A stretch of 64,000 bases of DNA from Ruminococcus sp. (GCA_017480865.1 JAFURN010000109.1:4464-68463), one strand, 5' to 3'; shown: positions 38,789 through 48,815, counted from the stretch's first letter. Numbers and translations: made by a program. The notes: generated by a model from the letters alone, not told the origin.

Positions 38789-39113
38789 CTGCTGCAAAAG
38801 TTCCTGTGAACTTATCAAAAAATATGATCCGAAGCCGAAAAACAATGACGGCAGCATAAAATGGTTTCTGTATCGCTGGGACGACGGAAAGAACGGTTAC
38901 CGTAAGCTTGTCAGATGCAGAGAATGCGGCTGCTTTTATCTGGTGCAGTGCTATCGGCTTAATAAGTTTTCGGATCATGCTGATACAGAGTATGAGGACT
39001 GGTACGCCGCCGATAACGAACAGCAGGCGGATCAGCTGAATAAGAAATATACGGGAGTGCAGCTGGAGCATAGAATGAATGAAATCTACAGATGCAGCTC
39101 CGAAAGAGAATAG
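38781..39113 (+). CDS. Hypothetical protein with CxxC motif
   Basis: RKLVRCRECGCFYLVQ; overlaps TetR end. Confidence 0.65.
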   Translation: MNSCCKSSCELIKKYDPKPKNNDGSIKWFLYRWDDGKNGYRKLVRCRECGCFYLVQCYRLNKFSDHADTEYEDWYAADNEQQADQLNKKYTGVQLEHRMNEIYRCSSERE

Positions 39114-39205
39114 CTGCAAAAACAATACTCATTGAATGCTTCAGTGGAAACAGCGTTATTGCTTTGAGAATAACCAACTACAGATCGGAAGAAAGGTGCT
39201 GCAAA

Positions 39206-39736
39206 ATGAAACTTACATTAGAAACGCAAAGATTGATATTAAGACCATTCAGAGCAGATGACGCGGAAGCAATGTTTTCCGGATGGGCGAGTGATCCGGA
39301 GGTGACAAAGTATCTGACATGGAATACCCATGAAAGTATTGACGATACCAGAGCCATCCTCGATCAGTGGATAGGAGAATACGAAAAGCCGGAAAGGCTT
39401 AATTTTGCCATCGTGTTAAAGGCTACAGATCAGCTGATCGGCGGAATTGATGTAGTCGGATATCTGGGAGGCTCCGGCGGAACTCCGGTGATCGGCTACA
39501 ATCTGGCAAGGGCATTCTGGAATCAGGGATATATGACCGAAGCCTGCAAATGCCTGATCGCTCACCTGTTTTCCAAAGGATACCGTGAAATCAGGATAGA
39601 TGCAATGTCGGAAAATATCGGTTCGATCAAGGTGATTGAAAAATGCGGCGGAATACTTCTGAAAACAGAAGAAGAGTATTTTCCGCTTAAAAATGAAACT
39701 GTTTCCGTAAACAGATATGTTGTGAAAGCAAAGTGA
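39206..39736 (+). CDS. GNAT acetyltransferase (RimJ/RimL-like)
   Basis: LETQRLILRPF, IGYNLARAFWNQGYMTEA, NIGSIKVIEKCG. Confidence 0.9.
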   Translation: MKLTLETQRLILRPFRADDAEAMFSGWASDPEVTKYLTWNTHESIDDTRAILDQWIGEYEKPERLNFAIVLKATDQLIGGIDVVGYLGGSGGTPVIGYNLARAFWNQGYMTEACKCLIAHLFSKGYREIRIDAMSENIGSIKVIEKCGGILLKTEEEYFPLKNETVSVNRYVVKAK

Positions 39737-39760
39737 CTTATGATGAGAGAGGTGCATATC

Positions 39761-40093
39761 ATGAACGAACAGATCAAAACACACATTGAAAAATATCCCG
39801 ATGAGATCCGAGCGATGTTTGCATCACTGCGTCAGCTGATTTTCGACAGTACACCGGCTGAACTGACGGAAACGCTGTGGGCAAAGCTGCCAAGCTTCTA
39901 TGCTGGTGAGAATTTTGTACGCCTGATCCCGTTCAAGGATCATATCAATATTGAGGCACAGGCGATCATTCAGCATAAGGACGAGCTTTCCGGCTATAAG
40001 ATCACGCCCAAGGGAATGCTGCAGATTTACGTGAAGCAGAGTATTCCAGGTGATGTGTTGTCACGGGTGTTTGCTGAGACTTTGGGAGGATGA
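39761..40093 (+). CDS. DUF1801/YdhG-like protein
   Basis: LRQLIF..ETLWAKLPSF..FKDHINI pattern; GAGG RBS. Confidence 0.7.
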   Translation: MNEQIKTHIEKYPDEIRAMFASLRQLIFDSTPAELTETLWAKLPSFYAGENFVRLIPFKDHINIEAQAIIQHKDELSGYKITPKGMLQIYVKQSIPGDVLSRVFAETLGG

Positions 40094-40096
40094 ATC

Positions 40097-40549
40097 ATGA
40101 AATCCCTATGCGGTGCAGATTGCGTAAACTGCGGTTATGGAAAAGGAAACGGCTGTAAAGGCTGTGAAGCAACAAACGGCTGTCCTTTCGGAAAGCAATG
40201 CTTTATTCACAGCTATATCAAAACAGGCGGAATCGAACGCTTTGAGCAATTCAAGCTTCAGCTGATTGACGAATTCAACGCTCTTAATTTGCCGGGTATG
40301 CCGAGAATCACGGAGCTTTATGCTCTGAACGGTGCATTTGTCAATCTTGCGTATCCTATGCCGAATGGAGAAAGTGTCAAAATGCTGGATGATCAGGCGA
40401 TATATCTTGGTACTCAGGTCTGCTGTGAATTTGATGACGGTGACGGAGAAAAGTGCTTTGGGCTGGTTGCAGGGTTGGATTTTCTGTTGGTAGCTGAATA
40501 CGGCGAAAATTGTGCTGATCCGGAGCTGGTTGTTTATTTGAGAAGGTAA
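40097..40549 (+). CDS. Cys-rich DUF3795-like protein
   Basis: CGADCVNC...CKGC...CPFG..C N-terminus. Confidence 0.7.
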   Translation: MKSLCGADCVNCGYGKGNGCKGCEATNGCPFGKQCFIHSYIKTGGIERFEQFKLQLIDEFNALNLPGMPRITELYALNGAFVNLAYPMPNGESVKMLDDQAIYLGTQVCCEFDDGDGEKCFGLVAGLDFLLVAEYGENCADPELVVYLRR

Positions 40550-40552
40550 AAT

Positions 40553-41431
40553 ATGAAGTACAGATTTTGTAAATTTGATGATTCCTGTTATGAAAAAGTG
40601 CGGCAGTTTTTAATCGGATTACCGGAAGAAAGCTGCACTTATATAAACTGGAATTGGGCAAGGTGGGAGTGGATGTATTTTCATCCCGACTTTGACAACA
40701 GTCTTTCAGAGAAAATAGGACTATGGTCTTGCGGTGAAGAAATGGTTGGTACTGCAATATACGACCACTACCTCGGCGAAGCGTTTTTCGCCGTAAAGAA
40801 AGGTTTTGAAGAGCTTAAAAAAGAAATTATAGATTATATGATTGAAGATTTTTCGGATGAAAATGGTCTGGGTATTGCTGTAAATGACACGGACAACGAA
40901 ACAGTTGACCTGATTTTATCCTGTGGTTTTTTCGCTTGCGAACAGACGGAAAATGTGCTTGAACTTTTGCTTGATGATATGGATTTTGATACAAATACAG
41001 CCGACAATATTCAGCTGCACTCCATTGATATCAAAGAAGATTTGTATAAGCACCACAGACTTCTATGGAAAGGCTTTGATCATGATGGCGAGCCGCCTAC
41101 GGATGAAAAAACGCTTGAAAAGCAAAGACGTATGCTTTCTGCACCTCATCTGAATTCACAGCTGCATATCGTTGCAGAAAATGAAGACTCGGAGTATGCT
41201 GCGTACTGCGGTTTATGGTATGATGACAAAACAGATTATGTGTATGTTGAGCCTGTATGCACAACTCCCGACTATAGGAACAAAGGATTGGCGAAAGCGG
41301 TTCTTAAAGAAGCTTTGAAGCGTGCGTATGATATGGGTGCAAAAAAGGCGTATGTGATATCCGAGCTTGAATTTTACAAAAGCATTGGCTTCAGGCAACA
41401 TTCTCACTACACTTTTTACTGGCATAAATAA
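40553..41431 (+). CDS. GNAT acetyltransferase (tandem GNAT fold)
   Basis: VEPVCTTPDYRNKGLAK, FYKSIGF. Confidence 0.88.
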   Translation: MKYRFCKFDDSCYEKVRQFLIGLPEESCTYINWNWARWEWMYFHPDFDNSLSEKIGLWSCGEEMVGTAIYDHYLGEAFFAVKKGFEELKKEIIDYMIEDFSDENGLGIAVNDTDNETVDLILSCGFFACEQTENVLELLLDDMDFDTNTADNIQLHSIDIKEDLYKHHRLLWKGFDHDGEPPTDEKTLEKQRRMLSAPHLNSQLHIVAENEDSEYAAYCGLWYDDKTDYVYVEPVCTTPDYRNKGLAKAVLKEALKRAYDMGAKKAYVISELEFYKSIGFRQHSHYTFYWHK

Positions 41432-41451
41432 AATACGGGAAGGGAAACAAA

Positions 41452-41805
41452 ATGATATACGAACTTGAAAACAAAATGTGGCAAGCCACTAAAAATGGCA
41501 ATAAAACCGAATTTACAAAGCTTGTTTCAGCTGATGCAGTTATGGTCTGCGGAGGCTATCGCTGTACGGGTGCGGAGTACGCTGGATTTATCAGTGATTT
41601 CGGCATTTCAGCCTTTGAGATAAGCAATTTTGAAGTTGTACACGAAACTGACAAGATTGTGCAGGTGCATTATGTTGTAAAGACAACCACTGATGCTCCC
41701 GAAAATGCAGATTTAGCAGGGACTTTTCACGTCACATCAACGTGGGAAAACCGTGACGGAGAATGGATGCTTGTGTTCAATATGGACTCACGGATAATGG
41801 AGTGA
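41452..41805 (+). CDS. NTF2-like / DUF4440 protein
   Basis: LENKMW, VTSTWENRDGEWMLVF. Confidence 0.75.
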   Translation: MIYELENKMWQATKNGNKTEFTKLVSADAVMVCGGYRCTGAEYAGFISDFGISAFEISNFEVVHETDKIVQVHYVVKTTTDAPENADLAGTFHVTSTWENRDGEWMLVFNMDSRIME

Positions 41806-41809
41806 AAAA

Positions 41810-42259
41810 ATGGAAATCATTGATTATTTCAGCAATGAACAGCGCAGCTGGATTGATAAAATCCGTGCCTGCGACTGGAATGCGGCAAAATTTCTTGCTA
41901 ACCTGCTGGAGCAGAATAAGTTCCACGAAATGCTTGGCAGCGGCAGTCTGTTCATCATGGCAGACGGCGAAAAGCTTGTATCCTTCTGCACGCTAACGCA
42001 AAAGGACTGCATTGATGATGAAAACCTGTTTCCATGGATAGGCTTTGTATTTACTGCACCGGAATACAGAGGGCATAGATACAGCGGTGAGCTTATTAAG
42101 CATGCTTTTAATGAGGCGAAAAAGCAAGGCTATAACAAGGTCTATCTTGCCACTGACCACATCGGACTGTATGAAAAATACGGCTTCACATACATGGAAA
42201 GCCGCATTGATATTTATGGTGAGGAGAGCAGGGTTTATTACAGAAAGTTGGGAGAATGA
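41810..42259 (+). CDS. GNAT acetyltransferase
   Basis: PWIGFVFTAPEYRGHRYSG, GLYEKYGF. Confidence 0.9.
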   Translation: MEIIDYFSNEQRSWIDKIRACDWNAAKFLANLLEQNKFHEMLGSGSLFIMADGEKLVSFCTLTQKDCIDDENLFPWIGFVFTAPEYRGHRYSGELIKHAFNEAKKQGYNKVYLATDHIGLYEKYGFTYMESRIDIYGEESRVYYRKLGE

Positions 42260-42270
42260 ACTATGTCAAT

Positions 42271-42356
42271 GTGGAATCCGTGGAAAGTGTGACGGTGTTC
42301 GGGGATTACCTGGTGTTTCGGTTGAAGTCGGGGGGAAGGTTATGGTGGAGAAGTGA
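42271..42356 (+). pseudogene. Possible C-terminal scrap of a large serine recombinase
   Basis: Translates VESVTVFGDYLVFRLKSG, then GKVMVEK* after a shift in a G run; resembles the (I/V)ExITV....F.FKSG end of this family. Confidence 0.45.
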
Positions 42357-42415
42357 ATAGGTAGAGAAATGCCCCTCATCATTGGATGTGAAAATCCAGT
42401 GGTGAGAGGCTTGTT

Positions 42416-42739
42416 TTATCTCTTCGGTTTAAATTTTGCACTGTAGATTCTAACAGCTTCATCTTTCATAAGCCAGCCAAATTTTCTGAGAAATTCCAGT
42501 TTTTGCTCATCAGTGATCCATTCCTGTAATATATGCAAGACCCCATCAAATCTCTCATTTTCTTTTCCATTGAAAAATTTTCCACCAGGACCTTGCTTGA
42601 ACATTGCAGGAACACCGTTTTTAATTGCCTTCCATACAGTTGAGCCTCCAGATGTTATTAAATCATCTCCGACAATCCCATCTAATGCACCGGATGCCAT
42701 TCTCTTGAGAAGCTCTTTTTCTTCGTTTGTCATTGCCAT
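42416..42739 (-). CDS. Hypothetical protein
   Basis: 107-aa ORF, GGAGGG RBS, AT-rich, hairpin downstream at ~42370-42410. Confidence 0.65.
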   Translation of the reverse strand: MAMTNEEKELLKRMASGALDGIVGDDLITSGGSTVWKAIKNGVPAMFKQGPGGKFFNGKENERFDGVLHILQEWITDEQKLEFLRKFGWLMKDEAVRIYSAKFKPKR

Positions 42740-42790
42740 AATCGTCCCTCCATTAAAAAGTACTGATATCTTATTTTATTCTCAATCAAT

Positions 42791-43063
42791 TCAACCCAAT
42801 TCAAAGACGTTTCCAATAGCACAAATTATAAGTAGAAACGCTATGAGTCCAATCATAATTAGCACGCCTTGTATGAATTGTTTATGCTCCAATTCTTTAT
42901 TTTTTCGTTTCTCCTCCTGCTTAATTTGATATCGTGTTTTCTTCGCTGGTCTTTTTGATTTATATTCTAGGTTCTTTTCTACGAGGCTTTCAACATCTGA
43001 TTCAAAATGTGCATCAATAATATTTTTAAATCCAAATTTCAGCTTCACACATAACACCTCCAT
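42791..43063 (-). CDS. Hypothetical basic protein with C-terminal TM
   Basis: Lys-rich ORF with hydrophobic end; probable GTG start at 43048 after GGAGG. Confidence 0.6.
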   Translation of the reverse strand: MEVLCVKLKFGFKNIIDAHFESDVESLVEKNLEYKSKRPAKKTRYQIKQEEKRKNKELEHKQFIQGVLIMIGLIAFLLIICAIGNVFELG

Positions 43064-43087
43064 CTAATAACTCTTCCGAAAGATAGG

Positions 43088-44443
43088 TTATTTCTCCCTC
43101 GACATCAATACCACACACTCCACATGCCCAGTCCCCGGGAACAGATCCACCGGCTGAACCTTAACAATACGATACTGCCGCTGACAAAGGAGGGCGCAGT
43201 CACGTGCTGCTGTAGAAGGATTACAGGAAACCATGACGATCCGCTCCGGATTCATCTGACAGATCGCATCAATGGTCTGTTCATCGCAGCCCTTTCTCGG
43301 CGGGTCAGCTACGATCACATCGGGAAGCATATTCTCCGCTGCCAGACGCTGTGCGATCTCTCCTGCATCGCCGCAGATGAATTCCGCATTCTCTATGCCG
43401 TTTCGTTCCGCATTTTCCTTTGCGTTCTCCACAGCTTCCGGAATCACCTCAACACCCAGCACCGAGCCGGCTGCATCCGCCATGGAAAGTCCGATCGTTC
43501 CTGCACCGCAGTAGAGGTCGAGAAGACGCTCCCTGCCGGTCAGTGCCGCAAATTCCTTTGCTGCTCCGTAAAGCCTCTCCGCCTGCGGTGTATTCACCTG
43601 ATAGAAGGAAAGCGGCGAAATCTCTACCTCGTTTCCGCACATGGTATCCATAATAGCATCACTGCCCCAGAGCGTTACTGTCTTTCTTCCCAGAATCACA
43701 TTGGTTTTCTCAGGATTCACATTCATGACAATGCTTTTCACCTGCGGAAATTCCTCTGTCAGAACGGGGATCAGACCACCCAATTCCCGGGCGATCGCCT
43801 TGCGCACCACAAGACATACCATCATCTCACCGCTGGAATGTCCCTCACGCAGATAAATATGCCGAAGAATACCGGTATTTGTTTCCTCATGATAGGCAGA
43901 AATTTTCTTCTTCTCTGCATATCGGAGAATCGCATCTGTTACCCGGCTGAACAGTTCCGGCTGCAAAAGACAATCCTTTACCGGGATGATCCGATGACTG
44001 CGCTTCGCATAAAACCCGCAGATGAGCCTGCCATCCTTGTCCGCTGCAACAGGATACTGCGCCTTGTTGCGGTAACGAATGCGGCTCTCACATCCGAGAA
44101 TGGGCAGGAACTCAGGACTAAGCTTTCCCAGACGCTCAAAAGCATCCCTTACGATCTTTGCCTTCAGCCCGAGTTCCTTCTCATAGCGGATATGACGGAA
44201 TGTGCATCCGCCGCACTGACGGTGATGGGGGCAGTCCGGGGTCATGCGGTCACCGGATGGTGTGAGAATCTCCTGCACAATGCCGAAGGCGTATCGCTTC
44301 AGCACCTTTACAATCTTGATTTTCAATTCGTCTCCGGGGGCTGTATCCGGTACAAATACTGTCATACCGTCTACACGGCATACGCCGCTTCCCTCCGCTG
44401 TTAAATCCTCAATGATAACGGTGTAGATCTCATTTTTCTGCAT
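43088..44443 (-). CDS. rlmD: 23S rRNA (uracil-1939-C5)-methyltransferase
   Basis: TRAM N-terminus, CxxxxxCGGC, SFYQVN, DLYCGAGTIG, DPPRKG, VSCNPST, DLFPGTGHVE. Confidence 0.95.
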   Translation of the reverse strand: MQKNEIYTVIIEDLTAEGSGVCRVDGMTVFVPDTAPGDELKIKIVKVLKRYAFGIVQEILTPSGDRMTPDCPHHRQCGGCTFRHIRYEKELGLKAKIVRDAFERLGKLSPEFLPILGCESRIRYRNKAQYPVAADKDGRLICGFYAKRSHRIIPVKDCLLQPELFSRVTDAILRYAEKKKISAYHEETNTGILRHIYLREGHSSGEMMVCLVVRKAIARELGGLIPVLTEEFPQVKSIVMNVNPEKTNVILGRKTVTLWGSDAIMDTMCGNEVEISPLSFYQVNTPQAERLYGAAKEFAALTGRERLLDLYCGAGTIGLSMADAAGSVLGVEVIPEAVENAKENAERNGIENAEFICGDAGEIAQRLAAENMLPDVIVADPPRKGCDEQTIDAICQMNPERIVMVSCNPSTAARDCALLCQRQYRIVKVQPVDLFPGTGHVECVVLMSREK

Positions 44444-45959
44444 AAGCAGCCTCCTGGGTACGAATGCGCTCATAGATCTCATAAACCTGCTGCTTCTTTT
44501 CCATCAGCTGGTCAAACTGCGCAATATATTCATAAGGGAATTTATAGTTGCATACACGGGTGATCATTCCATTCGGCTCCACCAGCTTTGTGGATGCAGC
44601 ACAGCCTGCACCGAAAATGGACTGCGTTTCATCCATAATCAGCATGTTGTAGTAGGATTCCTTCCCCGGCTTTGCATAGCCTACATTCTCCTGATTGTCA
44701 ATGGTATTTTTCTGACGATACATATAATAAGGCTGATATCCCTTTTCCGGCAGCATAGCAATGCTGTCCCGTACCATTTCACGCACGGGATTTTCCAGCT
44801 GAGTCTCGCCCTCTGCAAAAAGATTTGCTGCCCGCTTCAAGGTCAGCGTATGCACCGTAATGCTGTCCGGGTCAAGCGCAATGATCTGCTCCAGAGTCCG
44901 ATGAAAGCTTTCCGGTGTATCACTGGGCAGACCGGCGATCAGATCCATGTTGATATTCTCAAAGCCGAAGGAACGTGCCAGATGATAACATTCCACGATC
45001 TCCTCTGCGGTATGACGGCGTCCAATGGTTCTCAGCACATCATCATTCATCGTCTGGGGATTGATGGAAATCCGGTCTGCACCATACTTCCGCAGCACCG
45101 CAAGCTTTTCTGCGGTAATGGTATCCGGTCTGCCAGCTTCCACGCAGTATTCACGGATATGGGACAGATCAAAATTCGCCTCTACCGCCTGCATCAGTTG
45201 TTCCAGATGCTCTGCACTGACAGAGGTCGGCGTACCGCCGCCGAAATAAACCGTATCGATCATCAGCCCCAGTTCACGGACCATTCTGCCCCATATTTTC
45301 AGTTCCTCACAGAGCAGACGGATATAATCCGGCATAAGCTTCTTTGCCTGCTCCACAGAATGGGAGACAAAGGAGCAATAGCTGCATCTTGTCGGACAAA
45401 AAGGAATGGATACATAGAGTCCGATGGAATTTTTCGGGGTCTGCATCAGGAGCGGGCGCTGTACCAGTGCTGTATGATATACCAGTTCCAGCTTTTCGTC
45501 TGATATCCAGTAATTGTTTTTCAGCGTATTAAAAATCTCTTCCCGGTTCATACCTGCATCCATCAGCGGAAGCACCTTGCGTACCGGACGGATTCCCGTA
45601 AGGATGCCCCACGGCACATCCAACCCTGTCAGTTCCTGCAAAAGCCGGAACAGCATCTTGCTGATGATCACCTCGCACTGCTGCTTGTTGATCTGCGGGC
45701 AGAGTTTTTCTGCTCTGTGCGCAAGACGGAGCCGCTTCTCCCCCAGAGAAACGGCACAATAAAAATACGTATGGTTTCTTCCCTGCCGTATCTGAACCGC
45801 AGCAAAGCGGCTGCTTTCATGGAACAGGGACAAATCATCATAATAAAACTGAAAGCGTACCGCTGGTACAAAAACCTTCAGGATACATTCTATCTCATAT
45901 TTCAGCCCGTGACCGCAGAGAAAAACAGGAAAGGGCTGCTTCATGGTAATTTCACTCAT
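44430..45959 (-). CDS. hemZ: HemN-family radical SAM protein HemZ
   Basis: PWGILTGIRP, IPFCPTRCSYC, GGGTP, EAGRPDTI, YMYRQKN. Confidence 0.92.
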   Translation of the reverse strand: MSEITMKQPFPVFLCGHGLKYEIECILKVFVPAVRFQFYYDDLSLFHESSRFAAVQIRQGRNHTYFYCAVSLGEKRLRLAHRAEKLCPQINKQQCEVIISKMLFRLLQELTGLDVPWGILTGIRPVRKVLPLMDAGMNREEIFNTLKNNYWISDEKLELVYHTALVQRPLLMQTPKNSIGLYVSIPFCPTRCSYCSFVSHSVEQAKKLMPDYIRLLCEELKIWGRMVRELGLMIDTVYFGGGTPTSVSAEHLEQLMQAVEANFDLSHIREYCVEAGRPDTITAEKLAVLRKYGADRISINPQTMNDDVLRTIGRRHTAEEIVECYHLARSFGFENINMDLIAGLPSDTPESFHRTLEQIIALDPDSITVHTLTLKRAANLFAEGETQLENPVREMVRDSIAMLPEKGYQPYYMYRQKNTIDNQENVGYAKPGKESYYNMLIMDETQSIFGAGCAASTKLVEPNGMITRVCNYKFPYEYIAQFDQLMEKKQQVYEIYERIRTQEAAYAEK

Positions 45960-46588
45960 AACAAGCCTCGCATAACCGGATTATTTTTGCGTTCGTATTC
46001 CAATGTGGATGTTTCATTGTGACCGGGATATACACGATAGTCCCCTTCCAGGTCCTTCAGCCGGCGGAAGGATTCCAGCATCTGACGGTCACTGCCGCCG
46101 GGGAAGTCTGTACGTCCCCGTGACATGTGAAACAGCGTGTCTCCTGTCAGAAGGATGTCCTCACACTGATAGCAGACACTTCCTACTGTATGTCCCGGTG
46201 TATGGAGCACGGTAAACACCGCATCTCCATCACGGATCACGTCGCCGTCCTTTACGGTATGATACTCTGTAATCGGCACAAAATCTGTCCATGGTTCGAT
46301 CCAGTCCGCCAGATTAAGGTGTGTGTCGGAAAGCATGGGTGCATCCAGTTCATGGATATAGACCTCTGCACCGGTCGCCTGCTGTACGGCACGCACAGCA
46401 CCGATATGGTCATAGTGTCCATGTGTCAGAAGGATTTTTGTCAGGGTCAGACTGCGCTGCTCCAGAAAGGACAGCACCTTCCGGGCATCACCGCCGATAT
46501 CCACGGCAATTACATGGGTATCATCCAGATACACCAGATAGCAGTTGGTTGCCAGACTGCCCAGCGTCAATGTTTGTACTGCTCTCAT
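45956..46588 (-). CDS. MBL-fold metallo-hydrolase (glyoxalase II-like)
   Basis: THGHYDH, HTPGHT, TGDTLF, GRTDFPGG, PGH. Confidence 0.92.
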   Translation of the reverse strand: MRAVQTLTLGSLATNCYLVYLDDTHVIAVDIGGDARKVLSFLEQRSLTLTKILLTHGHYDHIGAVRAVQQATGAEVYIHELDAPMLSDTHLNLADWIEPWTDFVPITEYHTVKDGDVIRDGDAVFTVLHTPGHTVGSVCYQCEDILLTGDTLFHMSRGRTDFPGGSDRQMLESFRRLKDLEGDYRVYPGHNETSTLEYERKNNPVMRGLL

Positions 46589-46595
46589 AGAAGCC

Positions 46596-48812
46596 TCACT
46601 TTCTTGCACGGTCAACGGAGATAACTCCCTTGATCTTGCGCAGCTTGCTGATAATATTCTGAAGCTGATCCGTACCGTCAACCTTGAGGCTTACCTCAAC
46701 GATCGCATTGCCGTTGGGCAGTGTACGGGAAATGGAATTGATTAAAGAAATGTGCTGCTCTGCAATGACCTTGAATACATCGAGACTCAATCCGATACGA
46801 TCAACAGCAAGCACCTCAAGATGCACAGCAATTTTGGAAACCTTCACCGTATCCTTCCATTTTACTGCGATCCAGCGCTGCCGGTTTTCCGCATCCTGAT
46901 TTTTCATCGCAGACTGGTAATTGATGCAGCTTCTTGTATGAATCGAAATGCCGTAGCCTCTGGTGACAAAGCCGATGATGCTGTCACCCGGCATGGGAGA
47001 ACAGCACTTTGCCAGCTTATAGGCGACATCATCTATCTTATCGATGACAACTGCATTGTCTTCTTCATCGGATTTCACACGTTCGATCAGCGGCAGTTCC
47101 TGCGTCTCCTGCTCACTGATCTGTCCGTACCGCTTCATATACTTTTCTTTCAGACGCGGCATCATCTTGGACAGTGTTGTACCGCCATAGCCGATGGAAG
47201 CATAAAAATCCACCAGCGTCTCACAATTATGCCGCTTCAGATCATCCGCCAGAAATTCTTCCAGGCCCTGCTCCGGAACAACGATACGAAACCGCTTGAA
47301 CTCCTGCTCCAGTTCTGCCTTGCCCAGAATGATATTTTCTGAACGCATTTCCCGCTTGAGCCATGACCGGATCTTCGACTTGGCTTCATTGGTGCGCACC
47401 AGCTTCAGCCAGTCTCTTGTGGGCCGTTTATGGGGGTCTGTTGTGGTGATGACCTCGCAGATCTCACCGGTTTTCAGCACATAATCAATGGGAACCATTC
47501 TGCTGTCCACCTTGGCACCAATTGCCTTGTGACCGATCTCAGAGTGGAGACGGTAGGCAAAGTCCAGGACGATGGAATCCTTCGGCAAGCGGAAGGAATC
47601 TCCCTTGGGTGACATGACAACGATCTCCTCAGGGGTAAGATCGTTCTTGATGATGCTGACGATTTCCTCTACATCATCGGAGGTCTGCTGGATCTCGATC
47701 ATCTGGCGCACCCATGCAAGACGGGCATCCATCGCACTTCGCTTCTCAATGCCCTCCTTATACTTCCAGTGGGCAGCAATGCCGTATTCCGCATCCTTGT
47801 GCATATCCCATGTACGGATCTGGATCTCAAAGGGAATGCCCTCCTTGGAGGTTACAGTTGTATGCAGCGACTGGTACATATTGGATTTGGGCTTTGCAAT
47901 ATAGTCCTTGAAGCGGTTTTCCAACGGACAGAAAAAGGAATGCACGATGCCAAGCACCTGATAGCACTCTGCATCAGTGCTGACGATTACGCGCACCGCG
48001 TATTTATCATAGATCTCCTCAATGTTCTTGTGATTCACATACACCTTGTTGTAAATGCCGTAGATGCTCTTGACACGTCCGGAGATCGCCGGCTCCTGCT
48101 GGAACTGCTCCCGGGACAGACGCAGACGCAGACGTTCGATCACACTTTCAATAAACGCCTCACGCTTCTCCTTCTTCATCAAAAGCACATGCTCAATTTC
48201 AGAATAGGCATACGGGTCCAAAAAACGGAAGGACAGATCCTCCAGCTCTGCATAGATGGTGCGCATGCCCATACGGCGGGCAATGGGTACATAAATACTC
48301 AAAGTCTCCTTCGCAATTCTGCGCTGCTTATGGGGCGGCAGGAACCGCAGTGTACGGATATTATGCAGACGGTCTGCCAGCTTGATGATCATAACCCGGA
48401 TATCCGTAGACATTGCCAGAAGCACCTTCATAAAGTTGCCTGCCTGCTGCTCCTCCTTATCAAAGTGGGGCAGCTGATTGATCTTCGTCAGACCATCCAC
48501 CAGCCGTGCCACCGCACCGCCGAAACGCTTGCCGATATCATCCAGCGTATATTCTGTATCCTCCACAACATCGTGAAGCAAGCCTGCACAGACGGAATCG
48601 GTATCCATACCCAGATCTACCAGGATCTCTGCAACGGAAAGGGGATGCACAATATATGGCTCACCGGAGGAACGCTTCTGATCTCCATGGGCACTCCGTG
48701 CAAATTCATAGGCAGAAAGAATCTTACTCAGATCATATCGTTTCTCTGTACTCAGAATCTTCTGCGTCAGATCTTCAATTGTAAGGACCTTCTGAACTTT
48801 TGCTTCACTCAT
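46596..48812 (-). CDS. relA: Bifunctional (p)ppGpp synthetase/hydrolase
   Basis: RSSGEPY, HDVVEDT, KLADRLHN, YQSLHT, EIQIRT, TGS, CC motif, ACT. Confidence 0.96.
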   Translation of the reverse strand: MSEAKVQKVLTIEDLTQKILSTEKRYDLSKILSAYEFARSAHGDQKRSSGEPYIVHPLSVAEILVDLGMDTDSVCAGLLHDVVEDTEYTLDDIGKRFGGAVARLVDGLTKINQLPHFDKEEQQAGNFMKVLLAMSTDIRVMIIKLADRLHNIRTLRFLPPHKQRRIAKETLSIYVPIARRMGMRTIYAELEDLSFRFLDPYAYSEIEHVLLMKKEKREAFIESVIERLRLRLSREQFQQEPAISGRVKSIYGIYNKVYVNHKNIEEIYDKYAVRVIVSTDAECYQVLGIVHSFFCPLENRFKDYIAKPKSNMYQSLHTTVTSKEGIPFEIQIRTWDMHKDAEYGIAAHWKYKEGIEKRSAMDARLAWVRQMIEIQQTSDDVEEIVSIIKNDLTPEEIVVMSPKGDSFRLPKDSIVLDFAYRLHSEIGHKAIGAKVDSRMVPIDYVLKTGEICEVITTTDPHKRPTRDWLKLVRTNEAKSKIRSWLKREMRSENIILGKAELEQEFKRFRIVVPEQGLEEFLADDLKRHNCETLVDFYASIGYGGTTLSKMMPRLKEKYMKRYGQISEQETQELPLIERVKSDEEDNAVVIDKIDDVAYKLAKCCSPMPGDSIIGFVTRGYGISIHTRSCINYQSAMKNQDAENRQRWIAVKWKDTVKVSKIAVHLEVLAVDRIGLSLDVFKVIAEQHISLINSISRTLPNGNAIVEVSLKVDGTDQLQNIISKLRKIKGVISVDRARK

Positions 48813-48815
48813 TGT

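Larger units (their letters stand above)
35474..43128. mobile_element. Decayed genomic island (ICE/IME remnant) integrated at the rlmD 3' end
   Basis: Flanking direct repeats, accessory cargo, probable serine-recombinase C-terminal scrap; no intact mobility genes. Confidence 0.75.

Noticed and set aside
38177-42259. Classical integron
   Set aside because: No IntI gene and no attC-like hairpins; most gaps are only a few bases.
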